This document shows positions 1-13,793 of a DNA stretch of 64,000 bases, piece after piece. The first letter of the stretch is position 1. Each line of letters begins with the position of its first letter. The stretch is taken from NCBI GenBank assembly GCA_964016885.1, contig OZ024741.1, positions 362,514,001 to 362,578,000 of the forward strand, written 5' to 3'. The stretch comes from Eledone cirrhosa (taxonomy: Eukaryota). A model generated the notes under the pieces. The model did no database searches. It was not told the DNA's origin and was given only the letters and a program-made list of their open reading frames with translations. Made by a program: the position numbers and the translations under genes.

Positions 1-19
1 ATATTAAACAGGCTAATAT

Positions 20-385
20 TTCCGGGTTCGAGTTCCGCTGCATGGCACCTCAGGCAAGTGTCTTCTACTATAGCCTTGAGTTGACCAATGCCTTGTGAGT
101 GGAACTTGGTCGACAGAAACAACAGACGTCCTTCGTATAAATATATATATGTGTGTGTGTGCATATGTGTGACTGTATTTGTATGTTTGTGTGTACATGT
201 GTGTGAGTGAGAATTTGTGTGTGTGCGTGTATGTGTGTGTGTGTGTGTGTGTAAGAGACTGAATTTAACGGTTTAACAAACAAAAAAGAAATTAATACTA
301 AGTACTGGTGCCAATGTGATCGACTAAATCCCCTTTAAGTCGGTACTCCAGCATGACCGCTGTCTAATGACTGAAACTAGCAAAA
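20..385 (+). mobile_element. tRNA-derived SINE, interrupted by (TG)n
   Basis: B-box GGTTCGAGTTCC followed by CORE-like GCACCTCAGGCAAGTG; SINE-like 3' part at 300-385. Confidence 0.6.
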
Positions 386-543
386 ATATGTAGCCCCTGC
401 CTATGAAGATTTTGACACTCATATCATTAGCACACAAACATATATAAGATGTAATTGATATATTATATCTGTGAAAGTAAATACTAGGAATAGAATAGAG
501 AATTGATATTTTACAAAACAAATTATTTCAATAGTTTAGTTAC

Positions 544-640
544 CAACGGGAGCGATTCTTTGAACCTCAAGTAGAGTTGCTGCAACATAATTCATATGTC
601 GTTTGTCCTCCATTCTGACAGGTCTGTTCAAATCAGTGAT
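544..640 (-). CDS. CYP2-clan P450 exon 6 (K helix, ExxR)
   Basis: Hand translation ITDLNRPVRMEDKRHMNYVAATLLEVQRIAPV; ctctaccag acceptor, G|GTAACT donor; 97 nt. Later exons lie outside the window. Confidence 0.9.
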
Positions 641-1189
641 CTGGTAGAGAGAATTTATTACAATGAACATATAGATATACTTGTATATAGCGAAATCCTA
701 CATTAGCCAGTTCGTTATAGTATGAGACTCTATTTCACACATCAGATGCTTTCGTTTTCTATGTCCGCTTTTATCCAGATTTTCGTCAAACATGAATATA
801 GTGGGTATGGAATGAACTTTTTCTGGGTTCGATCTCACGACGTGGAATCTTGTGCAAGTATCATTTACTATATTTTCGTTTCGACCCAAGCCTTGTGAGT
901 AAAATTGAATATGATTCTACCAGTAATTCAGCCATATTAGACACTGAGTTGCGCTAATCTCCCTGAAATAACAATAAGGTTGCATGTGTTTGTAGAATGC
1001 TCAGCCATTTACACGCTATTTCACGAGCTGGCTGTTCCACTGATTGAAAAACTGGAGCACTCATTGTCGAAACCGACGGAGATTCATTCCATTCTTCGTC
1101 TTCTCATTCTTCTTCTTATTATTATTGTGTTATTCCATTTAGGTCAGTTCTGTTTCTCAATTGCTGGGTTCAGGCCTTGAACCTAGAAT

Positions 1190-2030
1190 AATAGAGGCTT
1201 TTATTGTAGAGAGATAACTCGTCTGAGAATGTGTACGGTTCCCAATATCCCGATCTTCTGTAGCTCACATTTGCTGGTCTTGCAGGGAAGGACGCTAAGG
1301 TGCAGGTCTGACGATTTGGGTATTAATCCTGATGCTCTTATTACCACAGGGATAGCATGTGTGGTCATCCTCCACATGCAGTTGATCTCTATTTCCAGGT
1401 CTTTGTATTTTGACAGTTTTTCCATTGTTTTTACAGATGTATTCTTGTCAGTTGGTACGGAAATATCTATAAGGCTACATATCCGATCTGTTTTGTTTTT
1501 TATGATGATATCTGGTCTGTTGGCAGCGAATTCTCGGTCAGTTGTCACAGGCATATCCCACAAGATGGATATTTGCCCTTTTCCATGACTGTTTTTGGTT
1601 GATGTTCATACCATTTGTTAGAAGTTTGGTGATCATGAGAGTGGCAGAGCCTCCAGTGCATATATTTGGCAATGCGGTTGTGTCTTTCGGTATAGTCAGT
1701 TTTTGCCATCTCTGGACACCTGGAGATAACATGATCTACCATTTCTTCGTATTTGTAACATATTTTGCAAGGAGGGTTAGTCCTATTTTTCACTATTCTG
1801 TGTCTACAGGCCCGAGTGTTTAGGGATTGATCTTGTACAGCAACTAAGAGTCCCTTAGTTTCCTCTTTCAAGCCAGCACTTCTGAGCCAGGATAGTGAGC
1901 CATGCTGATCGATATCATTGCTAGAAAGTCGTTCTGGGAATCTACCATGTAGTGATTTTGCCTTCCCTTCACGGTTTAGTTCCACACACAAACATACATA
2001 TATTCTGTTTTCGTCCTGTTCTGTCATACT
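1190..2030 (-). mobile_element. Degenerate 3' fragment of an RLE-type non-LTR retrotransposon (Dong/R4-like)
   Basis: CKICYKYEEMVDHVISRC zinc knuckle, RHN motif, NRPDIIIK..LIDISVP restriction-like endonuclease; frameshifted. Confidence 0.85.
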
Positions 2031-2273
2031 GTTTTTCTTAATGTAAACCCTTTGTGGTTTGTGGTTAATAAAGAAATCATTATTATATTAATATTATTAT
2101 TATTATATGATTCTTCTTCTTATTATTATTATCATCATCATCATCAATCATCATCATCAGCATTATCATCATTATCATCATTATCATCATCGTCATCGTC
2201 ATCATCACAATTATCATTTCGGGATCTACAAAGTACTTAAAAAAGAAAAGAAAACAAATTTCATATATTTTAC

Positions 2274-2410
2274 CTGCTTAATTTCTTCCCGACACTTATT
2301 CTGTATATCAGGATATTTGGCCATATATAGAAATGCCCAATTAAGAGTGGTGGCAGTTGTGTCTGTTCCAGCGATAAATATATCAATAATTGCACGGAAC
2401 ATATTCGGTT
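2274..2410 (-). CDS. CYP2-clan P450 exon 5 (I helix)
   Basis: EPNMFRAIIDIFIAGTDTTATTLNWAFLYMAKYPDIQNKCREEIKQ with AGxDTT motif; donor CAG|GTAAAA; 137 nt; phase fits exon 4. Confidence 0.92.
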
Positions 2411-2979
2411 CTTCAATTACAGAAAGAATAATTCGAATTAAACAATTTACTGATATTTTAAGGAGGCAAATTGGCAAAGTCGTTAGGGTGTCATATTTAT
2501 TTTCTCCTAATTTCTCTAAATTTGTTTTGAGTTAACTGAAATGGATTCACCCGGAGCTCTTTCTAGCACTCCTTAAGGCCTGTCCTGTTTCCACCACGTG
2601 GAAAACATCTAAATAATTTTTCCCAATGGTAGAGGCTGGAATTTTAATACAGCGCGAGATATATATGTATTTTCACAAAGACTTAAACATACTGACAAAA
2701 AGTTTCATGGTCTTGATTGAGGTTCACCTTAATTGATAATTGGGGATCGATACGAATGTTCAATATTCTCTGATTGTCAGAAACAGATCTGTCTATGATT
2801 GCATGGTCATATTTGGAAGTACTCCCATTTAAATATAACATGTTTATGTGGGTAATGTTTTTATTTAACACCTAAACTTGTATTTGCAATATATGTATAT
2901 ATGTATTAATGCTTGTTGTTTCTCAATTGATATATCTCCATATATCTTTTACTATTATTATTATTATTATTATTATTAT

Positions 2980-3108
2980 ATAGGAGAAGAATCAGGACCC
3001 CGATGGCTGAGCTCCGGTCGTTAGGACAGCTAGATCCGAACCGAACAGTTCAGATCTAGCTCTCCAAACGGCCGGAGCTCAGCCGTCGGGTCCTGATTCA
3101 TTTCCTAT
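2980..3108. repeat. ~125-bp near-perfect hairpin element
   Basis: gaatcaggaccccgatggctgagctccggtcg...agctagatc is the inverse of gatctagct...cggccggagctcagccgtcgggtcctgattc; a decayed half copy lies at ~3195-3256. Confidence 0.8.
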
Positions 3109-3254
3109 TACCCACTCTACTACCCTAAGTATCGAGTACTCTAGCACATTATGGTCCACCTGGTATCTTACCACACCTTCTTTGTTATATATATATAGGA
3201 AAAGAGTCAAGACTCCAACGGCAGAGCTCAAGCCGTTTCGACAGCTATTTCTGG

Positions 3255-3432
3255 ACTATCGGTAGAGGGTCGGACGCCATGCTTTCCAGCAGAGTTACGT
3301 CCCTTTACGATCTAAGTTCAAATCCCGCCAAGTTTGACTTTGTCTTTCATCCTTACGGGGTCGATAAAATAAAGTACCAGTAATGCACTGAGTAATTGCT
3401 GGCCTTGTGCCTAAAGTAAAAACAGTTATTAA
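3255..3432 (+). mobile_element. SINE (same family as 7848, 44642, 62410)
   Basis: GTTCAAATCCCGCC B-box plus tttcatcc..ggggtcgataaaataaagtaccagt body, repeated four times in the window. Confidence 0.75.
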
Positions 3433-3463
3433 TAAATGGAAACTATATTTATAAAACCATATT

Positions 3464-3524
3464 TATTCTATTATATATATTTCAAGGGTACCAAAACTTT
3501 GGTACGCTCTCATCAGATAAAATA
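3464..3524 (-). ncRNA. Type I hammerhead ribozyme, canonical core
   Basis: Minus strand: UAUUUUAU-CUGAUGA-GAGcGUACCAAA gu UUUGGUACcCUU-GAAA-UAUAUA-UA/AUAGAAUA; 8-bp stem I, long stem II, palindromic stem III. Confidence 0.8.
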
Positions 3525-3659
3525 CAAAGTTTGTTTTATAAATATTGACATATCCAGGAAGAAGATCTTAACGGTTCAAGTTTTTCCTGTTGAGTGCTTC
3601 GAATCAGTTATAAATAATATATATTTATTGAATTACCAACAAATTGAATATCCCTTTTG

Positions 3660-3700
<41 letters not shown>

Positions 3701-3705
<5 letters not shown>

Positions 3706-5498
3706 TAAACGGAATAGAAAATGCTGACAAATTGTTCACAGTTGAAAAATGGTTTAATTAGGAATAAAAGAGTATTAGTGATTGTATGGGTTAGTATTCA
3801 GTTGTGGTTTTAAGTTTTTAAGTTTTTACCGGTTGCGCATTTCTAAATGCTTTTCAAAAATAATTTTGAGACAGAGTGTCCGTGCTGTTTGCTCTGATCT
3901 GATTAGTTTTGGGAATTCTACCTGTTTTTATGTTAAAAAAATGGCTCCAGCGTTATTTTTGTGTTGCAAAAATGCTTGTGGTCAAAACAATTTTGATTGG
4001 TCGGTAGAGGTCATGTGAATGTAAAAAGTTGATTTTGCGCCAAGACTGTTTTTATGTTAAAATGTTAGAAAAGTGGCTCCAGCAAAAATTATTGGTCAAA
4101 ACAATTTTGATTGGTCGGTAGAGGTCATGTGGATAAAAAATTGGTTTTGCGCCAAGATTGAGAAATGACTCTTTCACAACAACTCATAGGCAGGGACTAC
4201 CCTGCATCACTAATTGACAATGGAATCCAACGTGCCCTAAAACTCAGTACCCAGGACCTTAGACACCCTAAAGTAAATCAACCAAAACTAAAAGCTCTTC
4301 CATACATCTCCACACACAACCCCCTCAACAATGAGGCCTTTGACACCATCCTCCAGAACATCCCTGTATTGAAAAAGGACCATAGAATGAACCAAATTCT
4401 ACGAACACACGATATCATAAAGAGCAAAAGACAATCCAAGTCAATGAAAAACATCTTAACACATGCCAAAGTACTGCCAACCACAACAACGAAACCCACA
4501 GTAAAAAAATGCGATAGACCCAACTGTGGCATTTGCATCAACCTAATAGAGGGTTCGGAATTCTATTTCAAAGATGGACAACGTTTTATAGTAAAACACA
4601 ATTTCACATGTGCATCGGAAAATTTAATATATGTATTAACTTGTTCAGGTTGTCGAGAACAATACATAGGCCAGACCAAAAACAGCCTCCGCCAACGCAT
4701 GACTGTCCATAGATCCCAAATTAAAATACGGGAATACAGGAAAATACCACTGAGTGAACACATTGATACCTGTGCCGCCCAAAATCATCCCAACTTCAGA
4801 ATCTTTCCCCTCTACAAATTTAAAGATAATGCCACCCACACCCAGCGCATCAGCAAGGAATCTTACTTCATTAACAAATACGGACCCCGTCTAAACACTT
4901 CTCCCTAAGACGAACCCACAACATACACACGTCAACATACATACCTACATCAGCACACATCTCTACCCACATATAAACACAATGACACACGTAAACACAC
5001 ATGCTCTATGGTGCAATACAAAAAAATATATGTGCATATATATGTATGTATATATATATATATGTAGTGAAAATATATATGTGTGTGTGTGTGTGTATAT
5101 ATATATAGTGAATATCATTTCACACCTTTTATTGTTAAGATTGTTGATGTTCTATTAAGAGAACCGATTTTACTGAAAAAATCGAATAATGTACACCATT
5201 TTACCAGGGGGAAAAAAATACTGGTCCACCCACACACGCACACACACACACACACACATATATACACAAACACATACACACGCGTACATCAACATACAAA
5301 GAGACTTATACACACACACACACACACACACGCACTTCTCCGTATAAGACAAAAGCTGAAAAATATCTTTTGACCTTCGAATGACTCTGCTGTGTGTATG
5401 TACGCACACACACACACACACACACACTTATCTTAATAGCCATTTGACACACATCGCTGGTGGCTATTGTCGCAGCATCGAACACCTTACTACTACTA

Positions 5499-5584
<86 letters not shown>

Positions 5585-6066
5585 TTGTTGTGAAAGAGTC
5601 ATTTCTCAATCTTGGCGCAAAACCAATTTTTTATCCACATGACCTCTACCGACCAATCAAAATTGTTTTGACCAATAATTTTTGCTGGAGCCACTTTTCT
5701 AACATTTTAACATAAAAACAGTCTTGGCGCAAAATCAACTTTTTACATTCACATGACCTCTACCGACCAATCAAAATTGTTTTGACCACAAGCATTTTTG
5801 CAACACAAAAATAACGCTGGAGCCATTTTTTTAACATAAAAACAGGTAGAATTCCCAAAACTAATCAGATCAGAGCAAACAGCACGGACACTCTATCTCA
5901 AAATTATTTTTGAAAAGCATTTAGAAATGCGCAACCGGTAAAAACTTAAAAACTTAAAACCACAACTGAATACTAACCCATACAATCACTAATACTCTTT
6001 TATTCCTAATTAAACCATTTTTCAACTGTGAACAATTTGTCAGCATTTTCTATTCCGTTTACCAAT
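3701..6066 (+). mobile_element. 5'-truncated Penelope-like element (Neptune-like) with inverted terminal segment
   Basis: ORF 4165-4908 encodes a Cys-rich linker (KCDRPNCGIC) and GIY-YIG endonuclease (LIYVLTCSGCREQYIGQT..R..H); 3701-4182 is the reverse complement of 5585-6066. Confidence 0.9.
4165..4908 (+). pseudogene. Penelope GIY-YIG endonuclease C-terminal fragment
   Basis: Uninterrupted 247-aa frame lacking the RT domain; the ATG comes from the inverted segment. Confidence 0.85.
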
Positions 6067-6100
6067 ATATAATAACTTGTGTGTTACACCTCTATTCTTT

Positions 6101-6171
<71 letters not shown>

Positions 6172-6181
<10 letters not shown>

Positions 6182-9100
6182 GAGGATGTATGTCTGTGTG
6201 TCTGTTTCCCTAAAACTCGAGAAGTACCCAACCGTTTTTTTTCAAACTTTACACATGTAACCCGTATGGCCCCGGAAGTGTTATGAGCAAAAACAAATTT
6301 CAAATTATTTTGACCTAGGGATCGAATTGGTGAAGTGGCCAATGTCTGTACATAATGAGGGAGTGAGAGGGGAGAGAAAGAAACGGAGAGGCGAGCGTTT
6401 TTCGATAGAGGGGAGAAATGTGAAAGAGTTACAGAGAGAGAGAGTGAGAATGAAAGAAACAGACAGACTAAAAGAGGGGGATAGCGGGAGAGAGAGAAAG
6501 AGTGACAGACGCCGTCTTTTGAGAGTTGTATGCGTCAAAGATACATGACAGTGGAATAACTATTGCATGTGCGTGTACGTGCATGCGTGTGTGTGTGAGT
6601 TTGTGTGCGTTTGCATGCGTGAGTGTGTATGTATGCGTGAGTGATTATAAACTATCACATGGTCTGATGGAATTAACCCTTTAGCATTTACATTACTCTA
6701 TATATACTCTATTATTTTCATGGTAAAGGCTTTATCTCACATAATATAAAAATCTCATAGATTTAATATTATTTATTTTGAGAACAATACCTTAACCCTT
6801 TAGTATTAATGTATGTGAGTTATAAAGAGAAAGAGTGAGAGTGAAAGAAACAGACAGACTAAAAGAGGGGGTAGCGGGAGAGAGAGATGCTGGAAGAGAG
6901 GAAGGAAAGATATATGTCTTGATGTCTGCATTACGATACATATATACACACACACACACACACACTGATCGCGTCATAATGACGTAATGCAGACAGCCAG
7001 ACCTACAGACAGATATTATAAGGGAGCAACGTTATATCTATGTATCTATCTAAAAAGAAAGACTAAGAATTATAGAGGGAGATCGCTAAATCGCCTAATG
7101 CGGTCCCTAGGGCATTGAAAATTTGAAATAATTTTTTGCTCAAAGCACTCACAGGATCATAAGTATTACACGTGTAAAGTTTGAAAACAATCGGTTGGGT
7201 GGTTCTCAAGTTTTAGTGAGCTGACAGACAGACAGGCATTCTCTGTTTTAGATATATAGATATATATATAATTATATATTCGTGTACAGATATTTTTGCA
7301 TACACAATAACAAAATATAAATAAACGTATTTATTTCACGAGGCTCAATAAGGATATATATCAAATACATAAGAACCCTAGAGCAAATCCCGAGTAACGC
7401 CGGGCCATTCTGCTAGTATATAATAAAAGTGGATTAAAATAGAATTTATTTTAATCATATTATGCCATAAATCAGCTTAAATATGCTTTATACAGGCTAA
7501 AATCTGTATTTTGCAGAACATTATTTATTCAAAATTGTATTTAGGCTCAATACTTAAGTATATCTCCTTATAATATATAACCAGCAATTTCTCTGTCTGT
7601 CTGTCCGACAGTGGAAACACGTGCGTGCGTGGTTGCTATCTCTCTCTCTCTCTCCAGCTATCCCTCTCTTTTAGTCTGTCTGTTTCTCTCACTCTCACTC
7701 TTTCTCTTTGTAACACACTAACATTCCTCCCCTATATCGCTGTGACGAATGGGGAGATGGAGGAGGAGGAGGAGGAGAGAGTCACTTCGTCACTTCACCT
7801 CTGCCTTTCTTTCTCTCCCCTCTCACTCCCTCATTACGTACAGACATTAGGGCGGTGGATTGGCAGAATCTGTAGAGAGTCAGACACCATGCTTCATAGC
7901 ATGGAGTTACGTCCCTTTGCGGTCTGAGTTCAAATACCGCCGAGGTTAACTTTGCCTTTCATCCTCACAGGGTCGATAAAATAAAGTACCAGTAATGTAC
8001 TGGGTAATTGCTGGCCTTGTGCCAAAAGTAGAAACAATTATTAGAAACATTGCTTCATTTTTACATATCTAAGCATTAGTAAAATAACTAATAATTTCAA
8101 AAGTAATTTTTCAATTCCAATTGTTATGAACAGCAAAACATTAATAATAATTTTGTTCTAAGAAATATATATACATTTCTGTGTGTGTAATATATATATA
8201 TATATATACACACACAGAAATATATGGGCATTTCTCTGTTTGTCTGTCTGTCTGTATGTCTGTCTGTCCTTCCCTAAAACTCAAATGTAGGTGCTACAGA
8301 AATATTACCTTCCCCTTCCTTTCTCCACTTTGGTACTACCAAGAGAAACACTGTCGCTATAGAAACATTACCTTCCCCTCTCCACTGACTTTGGTCACTG
8401 AGGCCGAGGGAATCGCTGGTTGCTATAGAGACACCTTGCACAAGCCAGAAGTAACCAGTTCGAGGCGGTTCTGACTTGACACCATGCCAAGGACCATTTG
8501 AAGATATATTTCCATCGTTATATCATAACGTTTATGTATCATAACGTTTATATTTCCGTCACTAATCTCTTTTTCTCCTTTTTCGTTTTAACATATATTT
8601 ATTTCAAAGATTTCACCGTATAGATAACATATATATTTATACATGCATAAAAGACACACCGAGAGACGGTGAACATTTGGTGCCGAAAACATTTCTCATC
8701 CAAATCTCAACAATATCAGTATATACACTAGATTTGCTAGCAGAAAACCGCCCACCGGGTGGTTTTCTGCTAGTCTATATATCTAAAACAGAGAATGTCT
8801 GTCTGCTCACTAAAACTCGAGAACCACCCAACCTATTGTTTTCAAAATTTACACATGTAATACTTATGGTCCTGTGAGTGTTTTCAGCAAAAATGCCCTA
8901 GGGACCGCATTAGGCGATTTAGCAATCTCTCTCTATAACTCTTAGTCTTTCTCTTTTTAGATAGCTACTTACGTTGTGCCTTTATAATATCTGTATGTAT
9001 GTCTGGCTGTCTGCATTACGGCATTATGACGTAGCTGTGTGTGTATATATGTATATATAGTGTGTGTATATATATATATAGTGTGTAACGTTTTTCGAAA

Positions 9101-9386
9101 TAGTTACTTCTGCGTTCACAGATTGATTTTTTTAGTTTCAGAAGATCCCATTAAGGGTGAAAGCAGCGATTCTTTGCTTAAACTTTAATCTGTTATTTTA
9201 ATATATACATATATATATATATAAATATATATATAATTATATATTCGTGTACAGATATTTTTGCATACAAAATAACAAAATATAAACAAACGTATTTATT
9301 TCATGAGGCTTGAGAAGGATAAATATATATCAAATATATAAGAACCCTAGAGCAAATCCCGAGCAACGCCAGGCCATTCTGCTAGT
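6172..9386. mobile_element. Cluster of non-autonomous Helitron/Helentron-like fragments
   Basis: 3' hairpin plus CTAG ends at ~7388-7416 and ~9357-9386 (cccgagtaacgccgggccattctgCTAGt); (TCTG)n heads; 6172-6260 is the inverse of 7165-7257; 8775-9050 is the inverse of ~6965-7257; palindrome at 8737-8773. Confidence 0.6.
7848..8042 (+). mobile_element. SINE copy
   Basis: Same B-box and body as 3255-3432. Confidence 0.75.
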
Positions 9387-9690
9387 TACTATTAAAATTA
9401 AGAACTGATAACCTTGAGTTATTTTCCTTTATCAATTTTCCACTGGAAAAAATAGACCTAAATTCGTATACAAAGTTAGTTTCCTGCTTCAAATATACTT
9501 CTCTAATTTTAGGAGAGAAACTTAGCCTACGGGTAACAACTTCCCTTTTTCCTATTTTTGTCCACATGCCTGAAAGAAGAGCCAGTTTGAAACTGCCTCC
9601 TCCATTATATAGTGGTGGCCATGACTGGACCCCGAAGCTATTAGTAGCGCATATATGTAAAGTGTATAAAACTTTGGTTATATATATATA

Positions 9691-12399
9691 CATAGTCAGG
9701 AATAGACGTACTTGACGACAGATGAGGCCTACCTTGAGGAGAAGAATATGGAAGTTGAAGAACCCCACAGCCAGTGACAAATTTAAAAGCTTATTACTCG
9801 ATGCCTTTGACAATAAGGAAGAGCAATTAGAGATGTGCGATATAGAGGAACAGTGGCAATTCTTGAAAGTGAACCTACTGAAAGCAACGGATGAAATCTG
9901 TGGCTGGAGCAGACCTATTGGCAGGAGGAGAGTAACTTGGTGGTGGAACAGTAAGGTGGAAGAGACAATCAAGGCCAAAAAGCAGGCTTGGAAAGTATGG
10001 CAGGATGGGGGAAGTAGAGAGCACTATCAAGTGGCCCGGAGAGAAGCTAGGAGACAAGTGTACCTTACAAAAAGGGTAGCAGAGGATAGAAAATTCAAGC
10101 CTGTTCTACAACGTGAGGACCCAAAACGTGAGGTGTTCAGGATTGCTAGACAATGTGTCAAGGAAAACCGTGATATTGTCGGGGAGAAGTGTGTCCGTAA
10201 TGATAACGGTGTACTTGCGCTCACTGATACTGATAAGAAGATAGCCTGGAAGTGTCACTACGAGAGACTATTAAATGAGGAGAATAAATGGGGAAAAGAT
10301 AGTCTGCCCCAAATTGATCCAATAGAAGGACCAGCGGTGCAAGTTAAAGGTAGTATAATAAGTAAGGCAATCAAAGATATGAAGACAGACAAGGCAGCTG
10401 GGCCTTCGGAGATAGTTGCTGAGATGTTGAAGGCATCTGGTATGGTGGGACACACTATGGTCACCTGTATAGTTAACCAAGTAATACAGAATGGGGTCAT
10501 ACCGAAAGACTGGCGTAGCAGCATCATCATTAACTGCTACAAGGGTAAAGAGGATGCTCTAGATAGGGGAAACTATAGAGGCATTAAGTTAGTTGACCAG
10601 GTCATGAAGGTCACAGAAAGAGTTATAGCGCAACTAATCAGAGAGCGAATTGATCTAGATGAAATACAGTTTGGGTTTGTGTCAGGTAAAGTACCACAGA
10701 CGCTCTTTTCTTTGTACGACAACTACAAGAGAAGTACCTAGCTAAAGGTAAACCCCTCTACTTAGCTTTTGTAGACCTGGAGAAAGCCTTTGACAGAGTC
10801 CCCCGCTCCATTATCTGGAGGGCTCTTAGAAAACTAGGTGTAGATAAATGGCTTGTGAGAGCTATACAAGCTATGTATAATGAAACAGTCAGTAAGGTTA
10901 GAATTAACAATGAATATTGTGAAGAATTTAGTGTAAAAGTTGGCGTTCATCAAGGCTCTGTCCTTAGCCCCCTTCAGGCTATAACAGAGGAGTTCAAGAC
11001 CGGCTGCCCATGGGAACTCCTATACGCAGATGATCTAACACTCATAGCTGAATCAATGGCTGAACTAGAGAAGAAATTCCAAACATGGAAGCATGGCCTA
11101 GAATCAAAAGGCCTTAAAATTAACCTGTCTAAGACTAAAGTTCTAGTTTGTAGGAAGGAAAATAGGGCACCGGTTCCATCCGGGAAATAGCCATGCTCAG
11201 TGTGTAGGAAAGGAGTAGGCAGAAATTCTATTTTAAGTCCAAAATGCAAAGCATGGGTACATAAAAGATGTAGTGGCATCACAGGTAAACTATCTAAGAA
11301 CGTAGACTTTATATGTGGCCGATGCTCAGGTGCGATAAGTAGCAAGTGTCCACAGGATACTAGCTCCTTCTATTGCCCAGATGATTCTATAGAAATAGTA
11401 GACACCTTCCGTAACCTGGGTGACGAAATCAGCAGTGGTGGAGGGTGTTCTGAAAGTACAGTAGCCAAAGTCAGAATGGGATGGAAAAAGTTCAGAGAGC
11501 TTATACCGCTGTTGGCCACAAAAGGGTTCTCTCTAAAAATGAAAGGCAGATTGTATGATGCCTGTATACGAACAGCAATGCTACATGGCAGTGAGACATG
11601 GGCATTACGTGCAGAGAACCTGCGCAGACTGGAAAGGAACGAAGCATGCATGCTCCATTGGATGTGTAATAGTAATATACGTGAATGGCAAAGCATAAAT
11701 GAACAAAGTAAGAAATTAGGAATAAGAGGGATCAGATGCTGTTTACTTGAGAGAATACTACGTTAGTATGGTCACGTGATGCGCATGAAAGATGACAGCT
11801 GCATAAAAAAGTGCAGGGCGATCAAAATTGATGGTAGTTACGGAGTAGGTAGACCCAGAAAAACCTGGGACAATCTGATAAATTCCGGCCTTACACACTT
11901 GCACCTCTCTAAGACAATGTCACTGGACCGAGATCTTTGGCGCTACGCAGTAATACATAAGACCTGCCTTGCCTATGTACAAAGCGAAACCTACAGTCAG
12001 TAGGTACCTCTTAACCAAATATACACCCCAATCCACTACCCCTACCCTATCCTCCCACTCCTACCAACACCACCCTCTCTCTGTAAAGTTGGTACCACAA
12101 CATCCAGTCCAAATAAATGAGATAATGAGATCGAGATCGTGTAGGTGTCACGACAAAAAAACACACAGTCCACGCTGTGATGTGGCCGTGTAGGTAACAT
12201 GGTAAAAAGTTCCCAGTTCCTCACTGTAAATGTGGTTGGTGTTAGGAAGGGCATCCAGCCGTAGAAAACCTGCCAGATAGTCCTATATGAGCGAGACACG
12301 GTCACCCGACCAACCTTGCCTCAAGTGGGACAATTCCCGTCTAACCCATGCTAGCGTGGAAGATGGACGTTAAACGATGATGATGATGATGATGATGAT
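9691..12399 (+). mobile_element. 5'-truncated RTE-clade LINE, disrupted
   Basis: RT motifs (NYRGIKL, GVHQGSVLSP, LLYADDL); frameshifts and stops; (GAT)n tail; flanked by (TA)n. Confidence 0.92.
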
Positions 12400-12406
12400 A
12401 TATATA

Positions 12407-12450
<44 letters not shown>

Positions 12451-12825
12451 AGAGAGAGAGAGAAGGTGAAGTTGGAAATAGTTCGGAAAATATATGTTAA
12501 GGTCTGTATTTCTTTTTTTTTTTTTTTTCTTTGATTCGTCAAAGTGACATTATTGAAAAGGTGACATTATTGAAAAAATGAGAGGACAATTCTTTTTTAA
12601 AAAGTTTTATAATGTATATAAAGTATATAAAGTATTACCGGTTTCAATGTATTATTAAAATTCATTTTATCAAATGTTGAGTATTACAATTAAAAATAAT
12701 TAATAGGAATTAAAAACTAAAAATTAAAGATTTAAAATTAAGTGTTGGAGTAAGTTTTTTTCCCTCTTCCTTGCTCAAAAGTGGACTGGAGATTGAATTC
12801 TGGTGTAGGCATGATAGTAGCAGTA

Positions 12826-12938
<113 letters not shown>

Positions 12939-12950
12939 TACATACATATA

Positions 12951-13758
12951 TTATCATCATCACCGTTTTACGTCCGTTCTTCCACGCTAGCATGGGTTAG
13001 ACGGGTTGTCCTGTTGTGGGCAGTGTCCAGTCGGCTGACCATGCCTTGCTCATACAGGAACTGATTCTGGCTTGATTTCTACAGCTGGATACCCTTCCTA
13101 ACACCAACCTCATTTACAGTGAGTGCTGGGTGCTTTTTTCCGTGGCGCCTACACGGCCACTTTACAGTGTGGGCTGGGTGCTTTTTTGCTGTGGCACCTC
13201 CACGACCACTTTGCAGTGGGAGGGTGTGGGGGCATATTGTCTATATGCTTCAGCTTCAGCTTGTACCCATGGGGGGGTCGGGTATTCTGTATTACTGCGT
13301 GACGCCAGAGGTCACAGTCGTGTGTCATCGCCTTTGAGAGGTGTAATTGGGTAAGGTCGGCTTTTATCATCTCATCCCAGGTCTTCTTGGGCCTCCCCAC
13401 TCTGCGGTTTCCATCGACTTCTAGTGCTCTGCACCTTTTTATGCAGATGTCATCCTTCATACGCATCACATGTCCACACCAACGCAACCGCCTCTCCTGC
13501 ACACAGCATTTGATTCCTCTTATGCTCAGTCTCTCTCTCAATTCATTTATGCTTTGCCATTCGTGTATATTACTATGACACATCCATCGGAGCATGCAGG
13601 CTTTGTTTCTTTCTAATCTATGCAAGTCTTCCACAGACAGCTCCAGGTCTCACTACCATGTAACATTGCTGTTCGTATACACGCATCATACAGTCTGCCT
13701 TTCATTTTGAGGGAAAAGCCTTTTGCAGCTAGCAGTGGCAGTAGCTCCCTGAACTTCT
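12951..13758 (-). mobile_element. RTE LINE 3' fragment (diverged subfamily)
   Basis: RRLRWCGHVMRM..GRPKKTW C-terminus, 3' UTR and short (GAT)n tail. Confidence 0.88.
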
Positions 13759-13793
13759 TATATATATGTATATATATAATATACAACTATATG

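Noticed and set aside
3255-3432. tRNA genes at GTTCAAAT B-box motifs
   Set aside because: No cloverleaf; these are heads of a repeated SINE
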